A stretch of DNA of 32,000 nt from Aliivibrio fischeri ES114 (lineage in GTDB: Bacteria; Pseudomonadota; Gammaproteobacteria; Enterobacterales; Vibrionaceae): the NCBI RefSeq assembly GCF_000011805.1, contig NC_006841.2. One strand, given 5' to 3'. The notes under the pieces were generated by a model that made no database searches, had not been told where the DNA came from, and was given only the letters and a program-made list of their open reading frames with translations. Position 1 is the stretch's first letter. Each line of letters starts with the position of its first letter. Shown piece by piece: positions 1-9,842 of the stretch. The translations under genes were made by a program, and so were the position numbers.

Positions 1-190
1 TGAAACTCTATGTCCAAAATCCAGCATTTTAGTCAGTAACAATGCTGCTATAACATTAGCTCAAGCCATTGAATCAATGACACACAAAACCAAAAAATTC
101 TCTTCACGAGATTTCATTTTAAAAAATAACCATGCTCAATCGATGGTTAATGCATATGAAGAGTTATATTTTGAAGGAGCAAATCTATGA
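1..190 (+). CDS. 3' end of an upstream CDS (partial, enters from left edge); position suggests a group 1 glycosyltransferase (sypP-like)
   Basis: Frame 2 is open from the left edge: ...ETLCPKSSILVSNNAAITLAQAIESMTHKTKKFSSRDFILKNNHAQSMVNAYEELYFEGANL*, stop TGA 188-190 overlapping the next ATG (ATGA 187-190). Not in the supplied ORF track because its start is off-window. Product name inferred from context only. Confidence 0.6.
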   Translation, partial: ETLCPKSSILVSNNAAITLAQAIESMTHKTKKFSSRDFILKNNHAQSMVNAYEELYFEGANL

Positions 191-1374
191 ATCTTTTTCT
201 TATCATCATCACATCGTTAAGTATTGGTATCGTAATATACCATCATGCTCTTTACCCTATACTATTACGCTGGTTTGCTTCTCGTCACCCAATAAAAGCA
301 ATAAAGCCAACCTGTAGAAACTTTGCTGAATCAAAAAAAGATCGTACATTGCCGTCAATAACCATGATCATTCCAGCTTATAACGAGTCACAATGGATTG
401 CTGAAAAAATTCGCAATTTATCTTGTTTAGATTATCCATCATCAAAATTAAAAATTATCATCGCATGTGATGGATGTACTGATGACACTGTTACTATTGC
501 TTATAACACTATACAAGAAGCTCTATGTGCAGATACCCACTTTGAAATTTTAGATTTTGAACATAATCGAGGAAAAGTGGCCTTACTTAACCAACTTATT
601 CCTCAATATCAGTCAAGTGATGTCATTGCTCTGAGTGACGTTTCAGCCCTGCTTTCTTACGATGCATTGTTAATTGCAGCTAAACATTTCGAGAACAAAA
701 ATGTTGGTGTTGTAAATCCTACTTATCATTTATTAACACCTTCCTCTGAAGGCGAAAAGAAATATTGGGAGTATCAAACCCTTATTAAACAACAAGAAGC
801 AACATTAGGTTCAAGCTTAGGATCTCATGGGGCTTTTTATCTATTTCGTTCCGAGCTATTTATTCATCTAGAGTCAGATACCATTAATGATGACTTTATT
901 TTACCCATGATGATAGTAAAACAAGGTTATCAAGCAGTATACGACCCAAGCATTCTAGCAGTAGAACTAGAACGCGTAGTACAAGAAGAAGACTTTTCTC
1001 GAAGATTAAGAATTTCAGCAGGGAATGTACAACAATTATTCCGTCTAGTTACCTTGTTTAACCCTAAATACAAAGGAACAGCATTTACCTTTTTCTCTGG
1101 TAAAGGGTTAAGAGCAATGATGCCATATTTCATGCTTATTGCGTATATCGGCTCAGCTTGCCTTTTATCTAACCCTTTATTTTTAATCGCATTTATTGGA
1201 CAAACCATTGGATATTGCATAGGGGTTATTAGTTTATTCTTACCTGCATTATTTTCAAATAAATATTGTCAGATCCTTGCCTATTTAATATCAGGTCACA
1301 CTGCCAATTTACTCGGCGGATTAAATTATCTATTAAAAAAACCAACCGCTCCGTGGACTCGAGTTCAAAAATAA
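187..1374 (+). CDS. sypQ: Family 2 glycosyltransferase with C-terminal membrane helices, last glycosyltransferase of a syp-like polysaccharide cluster
   Basis: GT2 motifs PSITMIIPAYNESQWIAEKI, IIIACDGCTDDT, IALSDVSALLS, DDFILPMM; hydrophobic C-terminus; gene order matches sypQ-sypR-binA. Confidence 0.8.
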   Translation: MNLFLIIITSLSIGIVIYHHALYPILLRWFASRHPIKAIKPTCRNFAESKKDRTLPSITMIIPAYNESQWIAEKIRNLSCLDYPSSKLKIIIACDGCTDDTVTIAYNTIQEALCADTHFEILDFEHNRGKVALLNQLIPQYQSSDVIALSDVSALLSYDALLIAAKHFENKNVGVVNPTYHLLTPSSEGEKKYWEYQTLIKQQEATLGSSLGSHGAFYLFRSELFIHLESDTINDDFILPMMIVKQGYQAVYDPSILAVELERVVQEEDFSRRLRISAGNVQQLFRLVTLFNPKYKGTAFTFFSGKGLRAMMPYFMLIAYIGSACLLSNPLFLIAFIGQTIGYCIGVISLFLPALFSNKYCQILAYLISGHTANLLGGLNYLLKKPTAPWTRVQK

Positions 1375-1388
1375 CAGAGGATTTTATT

Positions 1389-2033
1389 ATGATAGATTCA
1401 TATTACACAATGAACCAATCGACCATTAAAGCCAAACGTGCTTTTGATGTTTGTTTATCCATTATAGGCTTAATGCTTACGCTTCCACTTTTTCCATTTA
1501 TTGCTCTAGCGATTAAGTTAGATTCAAAAGGCCCAGTTTTTTACCGCCAACTTCGAGTTGGAAAAGCCATGCCAGATCAAATTCATGTTTTTGAAATGAT
1601 AAAATTTAGAAGTATGGTGCAAGATGCAGAAGTGGCTACTGGGGCAACCCTTGCAACAAAAGGCGACAGTAGAGTCACTACCGTTGGTCGTATATTGCGA
1701 AAAACACGCTTAGACGAGTTACCACAATTTTTTAATGTAATAAATGGAGATATGTCTCTTGTAGGGCCTCGACCTGAAAGACCAACCTTTTACAATAAAT
1801 TAGAACGTGAAATCCCTTATTTTAGTGAAAGAACTTATGGAGTATTACCGGGTATTACAGGATTAGCTCAAATTAACCAAGGTTATGATACGTGTATTGA
1901 AGATGTTCGCTCAAAAGTAGGATTTGACCATAGTTACGCTCTATCGTTAACCTCAATCTCAGGATGGATTAAATCTGATATTTATATTCTTCTAATGACA
2001 ATTAAAGTAATGATATTTGCTCGAGGCCAATAA
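1389..2033 (+). CDS. sypR: Undecaprenyl-phosphate sugar phosphotransferase (bacterial sugar transferase family)
   Basis: KRAFDVCLSIIGLMLTLPLF, GPVFYRQLRVGK, FEMIKFRSMVQDAE, VGRILRKTRLDELPQFFNVINGDMSLVGPRPERP, YGVLPGITGLAQI. Track ORF starts at 1266 inside the upstream gene; ATG 1389 follows an AGAGG ribosome-binding-like site. Confidence 0.85.
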   Translation: MIDSYYTMNQSTIKAKRAFDVCLSIIGLMLTLPLFPFIALAIKLDSKGPVFYRQLRVGKAMPDQIHVFEMIKFRSMVQDAEVATGATLATKGDSRVTTVGRILRKTRLDELPQFFNVINGDMSLVGPRPERPTFYNKLEREIPYFSERTYGVLPGITGLAQINQGYDTCIEDVRSKVGFDHSYALSLTSISGWIKSDIYILLMTIKVMIFARGQ

Positions 2034-2253
2034 AAACGTAACAGTTTCTATTTGAATTTTATATAAAATTCACCTTTAACCACATAAATTTTACGCGTAT
2101 TATAAATGGAAGTTTTATGATTTCATGAACGCTAACTAATTAATTTATAAATAGACGTACTTTGCAGTTATCAAATTTAAGACAAATAATGAATAGAATA
2201 AACTGCTACTATCTAACTAATAGCTATCAACTATTAGGAAATGGATACCTGAT

Positions 2254-4146
2254 ATGCAAAAAACGTTAACGTCTGCCATCGACATTCCTGAACAAATGCA
2301 AAACGATTGGCAAAATATGCTCGATATTTTATCGAATGTAATTAATGTACCAGCTGCGTTAATTATGCGTATTTATGATAATGACATTAAAGTTTTTTCA
2401 TCAAGTTCTTCCACAGAAAATCCTTACATTAAAGGGGCAACCGAAAAGCTTAACCAAGGGCTATATTGCGAAACCGTAATAGAAGAGAGACAAGAATTAA
2501 CCGTATTTAATGCTTTGGTAGATCCTGAATGGCGCAGTAATCCCGATCTTAAACAAAACATGATCGCCTATTGTGGGTTACCTCTTTATTGGCCTGACAA
2601 TACTCCTTTTGGTACCCTGTGTATTCTAGACAAAAAAGAAAATCACTTTTCACCTACTTATCAAAAGTTGATGAAAACCTATCAACACTCCATTGAAGCT
2701 CAACTTAACACCCTGTATCAACATGCTGATTTACTTAACCGTCACCAAGAGCTGCAAGCAGAAGTTGCAAGAACAACTCAGCACCTGAATGAAATTAATA
2801 TCAAGTTATCCAATGAAATTGATTGCCGACGAGCAGCAGAGCAAAAAGTTGAGTATCACAAAAATCATGATGTTAATACGGGTTTTTTAAATCCCATAGC
2901 TATTCATAAACATGTTGATAGTCTAATAAAAAGCGAAACTAAATTTGTACTTTTGCATATACATTTTGCTAATAGCCGTAAGATACAACAAGAATACGGT
3001 TACCAAGCGTTTGATTCTTTATTAATCGAATACCGCTCAAAGCTAACAAAAATCACTGATACTTCAGTTACAGGACGTTTAGGTTCATCGGATATTTTAT
3101 TGATTATTCAGACAGATAAAGAAAAGCTACCGCAACTTTGTCAGCACCTATCTGAAATAGGCCAAGCAAACTACACGGCAAATGAACAATCTCTACATTT
3201 GCAAACTTATGTTGGTGCAGTACATTCTAAAGAAGGTATATCTCGTTCAGATTTACTGCAATTTGCTTATGATACCGTTGTAAAATGCCAAAGCTTAGGT
3301 AAAACCTTTACCATTGCTGACGTATCACTGCCTACTCAGTCGTCATTATCTGAACACAAAATTGAACGTTATTTATTAGAAGCCGTTCGTAATCACGATC
3401 TATTCTTAAACTATCAACCTAAAGTATGCCCAGTAAATAAAAAATGGATTGGTTGTGAAGCGCTATTACGTTGGAATCACCCACATTTAGGTGCAATCGC
3501 CAATGACGTATTGATCCAATTAGCAGAGCGAAATGGCCTTATTTATGAGCTAGGGAACTTTGCACTTAGAAACGCAATTCAACAGGCATCTGAGTGGATC
3601 CTACATTCACCAAACTTTGTCATGGCCGTAAATATTTCTGCTGTTCAACTAAAAGATCCCCACTTTGTAACTCACATAAAACAATTACTTAGTTTATATC
3701 AACTACCTTCAAAAAACCTTGAACTAGAAGTAACAGAAAGTGGCTTAATTTCTGATGAACCGCTGGCAATTACAACATTAAGTCAATTGAATAATATGGG
3801 AATTTCTATTGCATTAGATGATTTTGGAACAGGTTATGCCTCATTCCAATACCTTAAAAAATACCCATTCAGTTCATTAAAAATTGATAAAAGTTTTATT
3901 GCAAATATTGAACAAAATGAAGACGACCAAAACATTGTTTGTGCAATGATCAACATAGCCAAAAAACTGCAACTTAAAGTTGTGGTTGAAGGGGTTGAAA
4001 ACCAAAACCAAGAAGCGTTTGTGGTTAAAGAAGGAATTGACTTAATTCAAGGTTATCTCTACTCCAAACCCATTTCCGCAACCGATTTTGAAGAAGGTTT
4101 ATTTAATCAATCTTCAATTGGTACCCCCTACTTTCACTTTGTGTAA
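2254..4146 (+). CDS. binA: Cyclic-di-GMP phosphodiesterase, GAF + degenerate GGDEF + EAL (BinA-like)
   Basis: N-terminal GAF-like region (GLYCETVIEERQELTVFNALVDPEW...YCGLPLYWPDNTPFGTLCILDKK); GGDEF position reads GSSDI; EAL motifs intact (CEALLRWNHP, LELEVTES, LDDFGTGYASFQYLKKYPFSSLKID, VVEGVEN, QGYLYSKP); immediately downstream of the sypR-like gene. Confidence 0.8.
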   Translation: MQKTLTSAIDIPEQMQNDWQNMLDILSNVINVPAALIMRIYDNDIKVFSSSSSTENPYIKGATEKLNQGLYCETVIEERQELTVFNALVDPEWRSNPDLKQNMIAYCGLPLYWPDNTPFGTLCILDKKENHFSPTYQKLMKTYQHSIEAQLNTLYQHADLLNRHQELQAEVARTTQHLNEINIKLSNEIDCRRAAEQKVEYHKNHDVNTGFLNPIAIHKHVDSLIKSETKFVLLHIHFANSRKIQQEYGYQAFDSLLIEYRSKLTKITDTSVTGRLGSSDILLIIQTDKEKLPQLCQHLSEIGQANYTANEQSLHLQTYVGAVHSKEGISRSDLLQFAYDTVVKCQSLGKTFTIADVSLPTQSSLSEHKIERYLLEAVRNHDLFLNYQPKVCPVNKKWIGCEALLRWNHPHLGAIANDVLIQLAERNGLIYELGNFALRNAIQQASEWILHSPNFVMAVNISAVQLKDPHFVTHIKQLLSLYQLPSKNLELEVTESGLISDEPLAITTLSQLNNMGISIALDDFGTGYASFQYLKKYPFSSLKIDKSFIANIEQNEDDQNIVCAMINIAKKLQLKVVVEGVENQNQEAFVVKEGIDLIQGYLYSKPISATDFEEGLFNQSSIGTPYFHFV

Positions 4147-4218
4147 TGGGCACTCTAAAATATCATTATAGAAAGAAGCAGAAGATCTGATACTCTTGCT
4201 AACAAATATCATAATAAA

Positions 4219-4782
4219 ATGAACCCAGTCAGCATGAATATTCAAAAAATAGAACAAGAAGTACAACAGTGGTTAGAAGATGTGGTCATCGGCCTCAATC
4301 TTTGCCCTTTCGCAGCAAAACCTAACCGTAATAAACAAATCAAAATTTTTGTATCTGAAGCAACGACAGAAGAAGCATTGCTTGAAGATATTCTTCAAGA
4401 GTTGATGAACTTGGATTCAAAAACGGCTGAAGAGTTAGAAACAACACTTGTTGCTATTCCTAATATGTTGCAAGATTTTATGGATTATAATTTCTTCTTA
4501 GATTGGGTTGACGCACTCATCAAACAGCAAGAATGGGAAGGTATTTATCAAATTGCGACGTTCCACCCTGATTACTGTTTTGGTGGTGCAGAGCCTGAAG
4601 ATGATGAGAACCTAACCAATCGCTCTCCATATCCTGTCCTTCACCTTATTCGTGAAGAAAGCATGGAAAAAGTCCTAAAACACTATCCAAATCCAGAGGC
4701 AATTCCAGATACCAATATTGCACGTGTTGAAGCGTTAACCTTAGAAGAACGTCGTAAGCTATTCCCTTACTTGTTCGTATGA
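4219..4782 (+). CDS. DUF1415 family protein
   Basis: Protein VQQWLEDVVIGLNLCPFAAKPNRNKQIKI...FHPDYCFGGAEPEDDENLTNRSPYPVLHLIREESMEKVLKHYPNPEAIPDTNI, characteristic of DUF1415. Confidence 0.8.
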   Translation: MNPVSMNIQKIEQEVQQWLEDVVIGLNLCPFAAKPNRNKQIKIFVSEATTEEALLEDILQELMNLDSKTAEELETTLVAIPNMLQDFMDYNFFLDWVDALIKQQEWEGIYQIATFHPDYCFGGAEPEDDENLTNRSPYPVLHLIREESMEKVLKHYPNPEAIPDTNIARVEALTLEERRKLFPYLFV

Positions 4783-4822
4783 GATAGGCTAGCAGCCATT
4801 AAGAAATAATTGAGAGAAATCG

Positions 4823-5050
4823 ATGAAACGAGTTGTTTTATATGTTGCAGACAAATGCCCTCACTGCAAAGAAGCGCAACGCTATCTTGATTCTAAAGGC
4901 ATTAAGTATCGTTTAACTAATGCAAAGATGCAGCGTGGCCGTAAAGAGTTAGAAGCCATTGGTGCTCGCTCTGTGCCAGTATTAAAAATCGGTGATCAAA
5001 TGATGGCTGGTTGGAATCAGAAGAATTTCGATAAAATGTATAATAGTTAA
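4823..5050 (+). CDS. Glutaredoxin family protein
   Basis: 75 aa with N-terminal VVLYVADKCPHCKEAQRYLDSKGI (CPHC) and cis-Pro region ARSVPVLKIGDQMMAGWNQKNFD. Confidence 0.85.
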   Translation: MKRVVLYVADKCPHCKEAQRYLDSKGIKYRLTNAKMQRGRKELEAIGARSVPVLKIGDQMMAGWNQKNFDKMYNS

Positions 5051-5053
5051 TTA

Positions 5054-5087
5054 AAAATGGAGCTTATTTATAAGCTCCATTTTTTCA
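5054..5087 (+). terminator. Rho-independent terminator downstream of glutaredoxin gene
   Basis: AAAAATGGAGCTTATTTATAAGCTCCATTTTTT: long stem with T-tract. Confidence 0.85.
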
Positions 5088-5152
5088 CATAATCATAAAT
5101 TTAAAAACACTCTCCACAAGAAGATAATATTTTTCAAAATAATTAATTTATA

Positions 5153-5524
5153 TTAATCAATAGTCACACTATCGACATAAATAATATAATTATCTTCTTT
5201 ATTTACTTCACCTTTGATCGTCACTTTATCGTTTGGTTTCACTTGTAAACCAGACATTTTATCACCATCAATTTTTACATTTAAAGAACCTGTATTATCT
5301 TTAAATACATACACTTCCTTTCCTAGAGGCTCAATTAAATACCCTGTTAATAGGATAGGTGTGTCATCAATAACGGCGCTGGCATTTAATACCGATTCTA
5401 CGCTATTTATTCCATCAACAGGTTTAGAGAATTCATCCTGATAATTAGCAGCTTGATCATTAGCCAATGCAAGCGTTGATGAACAAGCTAATATTAGTGT
5501 AAATAACAAATGTCTTTTTTTCAT
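5153..5524 (-). CDS. Exported OB-fold protein, YgiW/YdeI stress-tolerance family
   Basis: Signal peptide MKKRHLLFTLILACSSTLALA; PILLTGYLIEPLGKEVYVFKDNTGSLNVKIDGDKMSGLQVKPNDKVTIKGEVNKEDNYIIYVDSVTID typical of the BOF fold. Confidence 0.75.
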   Translation of the reverse strand: MKKRHLLFTLILACSSTLALANDQAANYQDEFSKPVDGINSVESVLNASAVIDDTPILLTGYLIEPLGKEVYVFKDNTGSLNVKIDGDKMSGLQVKPNDKVTIKGEVNKEDNYIIYVDSVTID

Positions 5525-5816
5525 AAATAAAACCTTAACTATTATTATATGAATAACTACATTAACATTTGTAACTCAATTTAATTATGATCAAAATAAG
5601 TTATAAATATATAGTAGTTTTAATCAATTTCATTTAGAGATTACGCCTAGTTTTTAATTATATCAAGACTTATATTTATTTTTATATTTCGATTAAAAAC
5701 ATTATTACAACCGATAAGGTGACATCAATTAACCCACTGATTAACATCGCATATATTACATTTTCACTAATGTAAAGTTTCATCCAAAAAAGTAAAATAT
5801 GAACATAGATAAAAGG

Positions 5817-5842
5817 CAGGTTTTAATATAATTAAAACCTGC
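5817..5842 (-). terminator. Candidate terminator downstream of the minus-strand ABC permease gene
   Basis: GCAGGTTTTAAT-ATA-ATTAAAACCTGC hairpin just past the permease stop; minus-strand 3' flank is TTTTAT.. region. Confidence 0.55.
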
Positions 5843-5871
5843 ATAAAAACTAAAATAATAATTTTAAATAC

Positions 5872-8331
5872 CTACTTTAACGGCTTTAATAGCTGATTAA
5901 TCACACTAACTAAACTCATAAAGACAATCATCATTGCTATTAAAGGCAATACAAGCCACATACTGATATGAAGTGTCGGTTCTAATTTAAAGCCCCATTT
6001 CACTAAGCTGAATACAATAGTCTCAGCTCCCATCACCGCCACAAATCCCGCAGCCAATGCCATTACACCGTATTCACTCCACAATGTATTACTGATGCGC
6101 TGACGGCTAGCCCCAAGAGTACGATAAAGAGTGATTTCACGCTGACGTTGATACAAACTCAAACGAAGTAACGTGAATATCAATAAAATACCACTCACTA
6201 CGCCTAATCCGGCTAATACGGTTAATGACCACGTAATTTGAGCTAGCATGGCTTGGATCTTTCCACCCATGGTTCTAAAGTCCAATAAGCTAACCGTTGG
6301 GTAATCACGAGCCAATTGATTCAATAATGTGTTCTCATCATCGTTAACTTTAAAACTCACTAACCACGTTGCAGGTAAATCCGCAATCACATCTGGTGTG
6401 AAGATAAAATAAAAATTCGGTTTCATGCTTTGCCAATCAACAACACGAATCGAGTTAACTACAGCGGTAAAGGGCTGACTATTAACAGAAAAACTCAATG
6501 TATCACCAATAGTAATATCTAAATCGTTCGCAACATCTTGCTCAACAGACACCCCATTTTCACTCGTCCACGCCCCTGCAGTCACCTGATTATGAACAGG
6601 CAAAGTATTACGCCATGTAAAATTAATTTCACGGCGCAGCGCATCTGAGCCTTGCCCTTCACCTTTCATTTTTTCTTTGGTGCTTTCACCATTAATTTCC
6701 GTTAAGCGACCACGAACAATCGGATACCCTTCTGAGCGATCCAATTTTTCATTATCCAATGCTTGCAGGTAATCTTGTTGCTCATAAGGCGCTATATTCA
6801 TCGCAAATACATTGGGAGCATCTGGTGGTAAGGTTTGCTGCCAATCTCCTAATAAATCGGTTCTCACTAGCCAAATCACAGCCACTAACATTAAAGAGCC
6901 AGACAGTGCAGCCAATTGCATCATGCTATTTTTTGGGGAACGCTTAATTCGACTCAATGCTAATGTCATCGCGGCTCCCCATTTAAAACGTCCTAAAAAA
7001 TGCACTAAGCCATAACTCACTCCAGCAAGCAGAATAAATAAAACAACCAATCCAATCGAAACCATCCAAACTAGACTGTTACTGCCGTACATCAGCAAAA
7101 ATGCCGCTGTAGGAACCAAAATTAGCCATAACCCTTTTTTAGACGAATGACTTATTTGAGACTGGAGAACAGAAATCGCAGGCGTCTCTAATAAGCGTAA
7201 TAGTGGAATACCAAGTGCTGGTAGCCCAATGAATAACGCAACGATAGAACCAAATAGAAAAGGTTGCCAACCATAGCTGGGTAACTCTTCAGGCAGAATA
7301 TCGGCAAGAGGTATACGCAATAATAATTCAAGCCCTAACCCGATTAACGAACCTGCAATCACCCCTGTAATAAACATCAAACCCACTTGATTGAATAACC
7401 AGCGCTTAAGCCACGCTTTGCTTGCACCCATACTCTTTAGCATCGCAACGGTATTCGCACGACTGGTTGCATAGTGCTGACAAGTTAATACTAAAGTGAC
7501 CGAAGCCATTAAGATCACCATCAAAATCGTCAATGACAAGTATTGCTTCGCTTTCTGCATTAAATCTGCAGTTCGACCTTGAGTTTCTTCACTTATCCAA
7601 CTTTCTCCAGCTTGCAATTCATACTCACTTTGAAGCAATGAGACTCCATTATCATCCCCTTTAAATAACGTTCGATATTGCACTCGGCTGCCCAGTTGAA
7701 TAGCACCTGTTTTATCTAAATCAGATTGATGAATAAACACACTTGGCATGGTGCGAAATGGATTAAACGCAAGCTCAGGCTCAGATTCAATCACACCAGA
7801 GATCGGTAACTCAGCATCACCAATGGCAATCACATCACCAATATGTAACTCCAGAAGAGATAAAAGGCGATCCGCAACCCATACCTCTCCTTGATTAACC
7901 TGCGTATATACTTCATTGTTTTCGCCATGCAATAATAACTCACCACGAAGTGGGTAATTGCTCTCAACAGATTTAACGCTCACCAATTGCATTCCAGTAT
8001 CACTAAATGCCATGGTTTGAAAACGAACTTGGGAAGAAGTAACTAAGTTTTGCTCAGCAGCACGCTGTAAAATAGATTCAGGGGTAGGATTTGCTGAGCG
8101 GAAAACCAAATCCGCCGCCATCATAGAGCGACCTTGATCCGTCATGACTTTTTCAACCCGAATAGCTAAAGCAGATAACGCAACAACACAGGCCACAATT
8201 AAGGTTAATGCCGCCATTACAGGCCATAATTGTCCCTGCCAAATCTCACGCCAACTCCAGCGTAATATCATCCGGTTTCCAGAAGGTAGATGATTTCCTA
8301 AAGAAGTTGAGGTTAATGATTTCTCATTCAT
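5872..8331 (-). CDS. ybbP: ABC transporter permease, FtsX-like (YbbP family)
   Basis: About 820 aa multi-pass protein with two FtsX-like blocks (SLTILMVILMASVTLVLTCQHYATSRANTVAMLKSMGAS; VVSGILLIFTLLRLSLYQRQREITLYRTLGASRQRI). Track starts at 8364, but ATG at 8331 (MNEKSLTSTS) lies 1 bp after the ybbA stop with GAGG upstream. Confidence 0.85.
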   Translation of the reverse strand: MNEKSLTSTSLGNHLPSGNRMILRWSWREIWQGQLWPVMAALTLIVACVVALSALAIRVEKVMTDQGRSMMAADLVFRSANPTPESILQRAAEQNLVTSSQVRFQTMAFSDTGMQLVSVKSVESNYPLRGELLLHGENNEVYTQVNQGEVWVADRLLSLLELHIGDVIAIGDAELPISGVIESEPELAFNPFRTMPSVFIHQSDLDKTGAIQLGSRVQYRTLFKGDDNGVSLLQSEYELQAGESWISEETQGRTADLMQKAKQYLSLTILMVILMASVTLVLTCQHYATSRANTVAMLKSMGASKAWLKRWLFNQVGLMFITGVIAGSLIGLGLELLLRIPLADILPEELPSYGWQPFLFGSIVALFIGLPALGIPLLRLLETPAISVLQSQISHSSKKGLWLILVPTAAFLLMYGSNSLVWMVSIGLVVLFILLAGVSYGLVHFLGRFKWGAAMTLALSRIKRSPKNSMMQLAALSGSLMLVAVIWLVRTDLLGDWQQTLPPDAPNVFAMNIAPYEQQDYLQALDNEKLDRSEGYPIVRGRLTEINGESTKEKMKGEGQGSDALRREINFTWRNTLPVHNQVTAGAWTSENGVSVEQDVANDLDITIGDTLSFSVNSQPFTAVVNSIRVVDWQSMKPNFYFIFTPDVIADLPATWLVSFKVNDDENTLLNQLARDYPTVSLLDFRTMGGKIQAMLAQITWSLTVLAGLGVVSGILLIFTLLRLSLYQRQREITLYRTLGASRQRISNTLWSEYGVMALAAGFVAVMGAETIVFSLVKWGFKLEPTLHISMWLVLPLIAMMIVFMSLVSVINQLLKPLK

Positions 8332-8332
8332 T

Positions 8333-9010
8333 TCACACCACCTCTTCAAAAATTCGCCCAGCATCTATCGTCAATGTTCGCTCACATCGCTCTGCTAATT
8401 TGGGATCATGAGTAATAAGAACCAAGGTAGTGCCATGCTTTTGGTTCATCTCAAATAAAAGCTCAATAATATGTTCAGCCGTATGCTGATCTAGATTTCC
8501 TGTGGGTTCATCGGCAAATAAAATTTGAGGTTGAGTCATAAATGCACGAGCCAATGCCACACGCTGCTGTTCACCACCAGAAAGTTGAGATGGCAGATGT
8601 GTTTCTCGTCCAGACAGCCCAACAGAAGCAAGTAACTGTTTTGCTTTTTTAATGTCTTCTCCTTCTCCACGTAAAATAGCAGGTAAGGTGACATTCTCAA
8701 GAGCGGTCAATGATGGAATAAGCAAGAAACTTTGAAATACAAAACCAATGGATTCACTTCGGATCTGAGCTCTAGTCTCATCATCCAGTTGAGACAAATT
8801 TTGTCCTAATAATTCAATATCACCAGTAGAAGGAATATCCAATCCTGCAAGCAAGGTCATTAACGTTGATTTACCAGCGCCAGAGGTACCAACAATTGCA
8901 ACACTTTGGCCTGATAGAACCTCAAAAGAAATGTCTTTTAAAATGGTTAATTCTGCCTCATTAGAAATCACAGATTTTCCAACTGAACTCACTTTTATGG
9001 CAATCGTCAT
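8333..9010 (-). CDS. ybbA: ABC transporter ATP-binding protein (YbbA family)
   Basis: Walker A GTSGAGKST, signature LSGGEQQRVALARAF, Walker B ILFADEPTGNLD, followed by FtsX-like permease gene. Confidence 0.9.
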   Translation of the reverse strand: MTIAIKVSSVGKSVISNEAELTILKDISFEVLSGQSVAIVGTSGAGKSTLMTLLAGLDIPSTGDIELLGQNLSQLDDETRAQIRSESIGFVFQSFLLIPSLTALENVTLPAILRGEGEDIKKAKQLLASVGLSGRETHLPSQLSGGEQQRVALARAFMTQPQILFADEPTGNLDQHTAEHIIELLFEMNQKHGTTLVLITHDPKLAERCERTLTIDAGRIFEEVV

Positions 9011-9168
9011 TATCCTTTCCTTTTGATATTATTTTTATGCTGTTATACGTATTGTATACATAAGTTCTTATTAATCAGCAATTTCATTTACACTTCTTTA
9101 ACCAATTTATATGGGCAGATTTACGCTTTCTGCTATTCTATTGCTATCCATTATTGTTAAGGTTTCTC

Positions 9169-9783
9169 ATGCGTAGATTACTGACTTTTATTCTGATACT
9201 TATTAGCAGCCAGCTACTTACTGTAAAAACTGCTTATAGCCAAACGTTACTGATTCTTGGTGACAGCTTGAGTGCAGGTTATAACATGCCAATAGAACAA
9301 AGTTGGCCTTCACTATTACCAGAGCAACTCAATGCTTTAGGTAAGCCAACCACAGTTATAAATGGCAGTATTTCAGGCGATACAACAGGTAATGGGCTAG
9401 ATCGACTACCTAATCTATTAGAACAACATAAACCTAATTATGTTCTTATTGAGTTAGGTGCCAATGATGGACTGCGTGGATTTCCACCACAGAAGATTAA
9501 TGCTAATTTAGAAAAGATATTCGCTCAAATTAAGGCGATTAATGCACAACCATTATTGATGCAAATTCAAGTACCACCTAACTATGGAAAACGATACAGC
9601 CAAGCGTTTGGATCACTTTACCCTAAATTAAGTGAAAAACACGCCATCCCTCTATTACCTTTTTTCTTAGAACAAGTAATTGTAAAACCAGAATGGATGA
9701 TGAAAGATGGATTGCACCCAAAGCCAGAAGCTCAACCTTGGATAGCGGAGTTTATGGCAAAAGAGCTGCAACCCTATTTATAA
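9169..9783 (+). CDS. tesA: Periplasmic arylesterase / acyl-CoA thioesterase I (TesA-like SGNH hydrolase)
   Basis: Signal peptide then LLILGDSLSAGYNM, INGSISGDTTGNGLDRL, LIELGANDGLRGF, DGLHPKPEAQPWIA: SGNH blocks. ATG 9169 has AAGG upstream; track start 9154 is TTG. Divergent from ybbA, as in other gamma-proteobacteria. Confidence 0.88.
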   Translation: MRRLLTFILILISSQLLTVKTAYSQTLLILGDSLSAGYNMPIEQSWPSLLPEQLNALGKPTTVINGSISGDTTGNGLDRLPNLLEQHKPNYVLIELGANDGLRGFPPQKINANLEKIFAQIKAINAQPLLMQIQVPPNYGKRYSQAFGSLYPKLSEKHAIPLLPFFLEQVIVKPEWMMKDGLHPKPEAQPWIAEFMAKELQPYL

Positions 9784-9805
9784 CCAAATTTATTCATAAA
9801 AAAAC

Positions 9806-9835
9806 AAAAAGCCCGCTTATATAAACGGGCTTTTT
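9806..9835. terminator. Bidirectional Rho-independent terminator between convergent genes
   Basis: AAAAAGCCCGCTTATATAAACGGGCTTTTT. Confidence 0.85.
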
Positions 9836-9842
9836 ACGTTAC

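Noticed and set aside
132-317. 61-aa ORF at the left end
   Set aside because: Overlaps the 3' end of the upstream CDS and the sypQ-like start; out of frame with both.
2034-2253. Special regulatory element between sypR-like and binA-like genes
   Set aside because: AT-rich 220 bp without a clear palindrome or sigma-54 consensus on inspection; ordinary promoter region is sufficient explanation.
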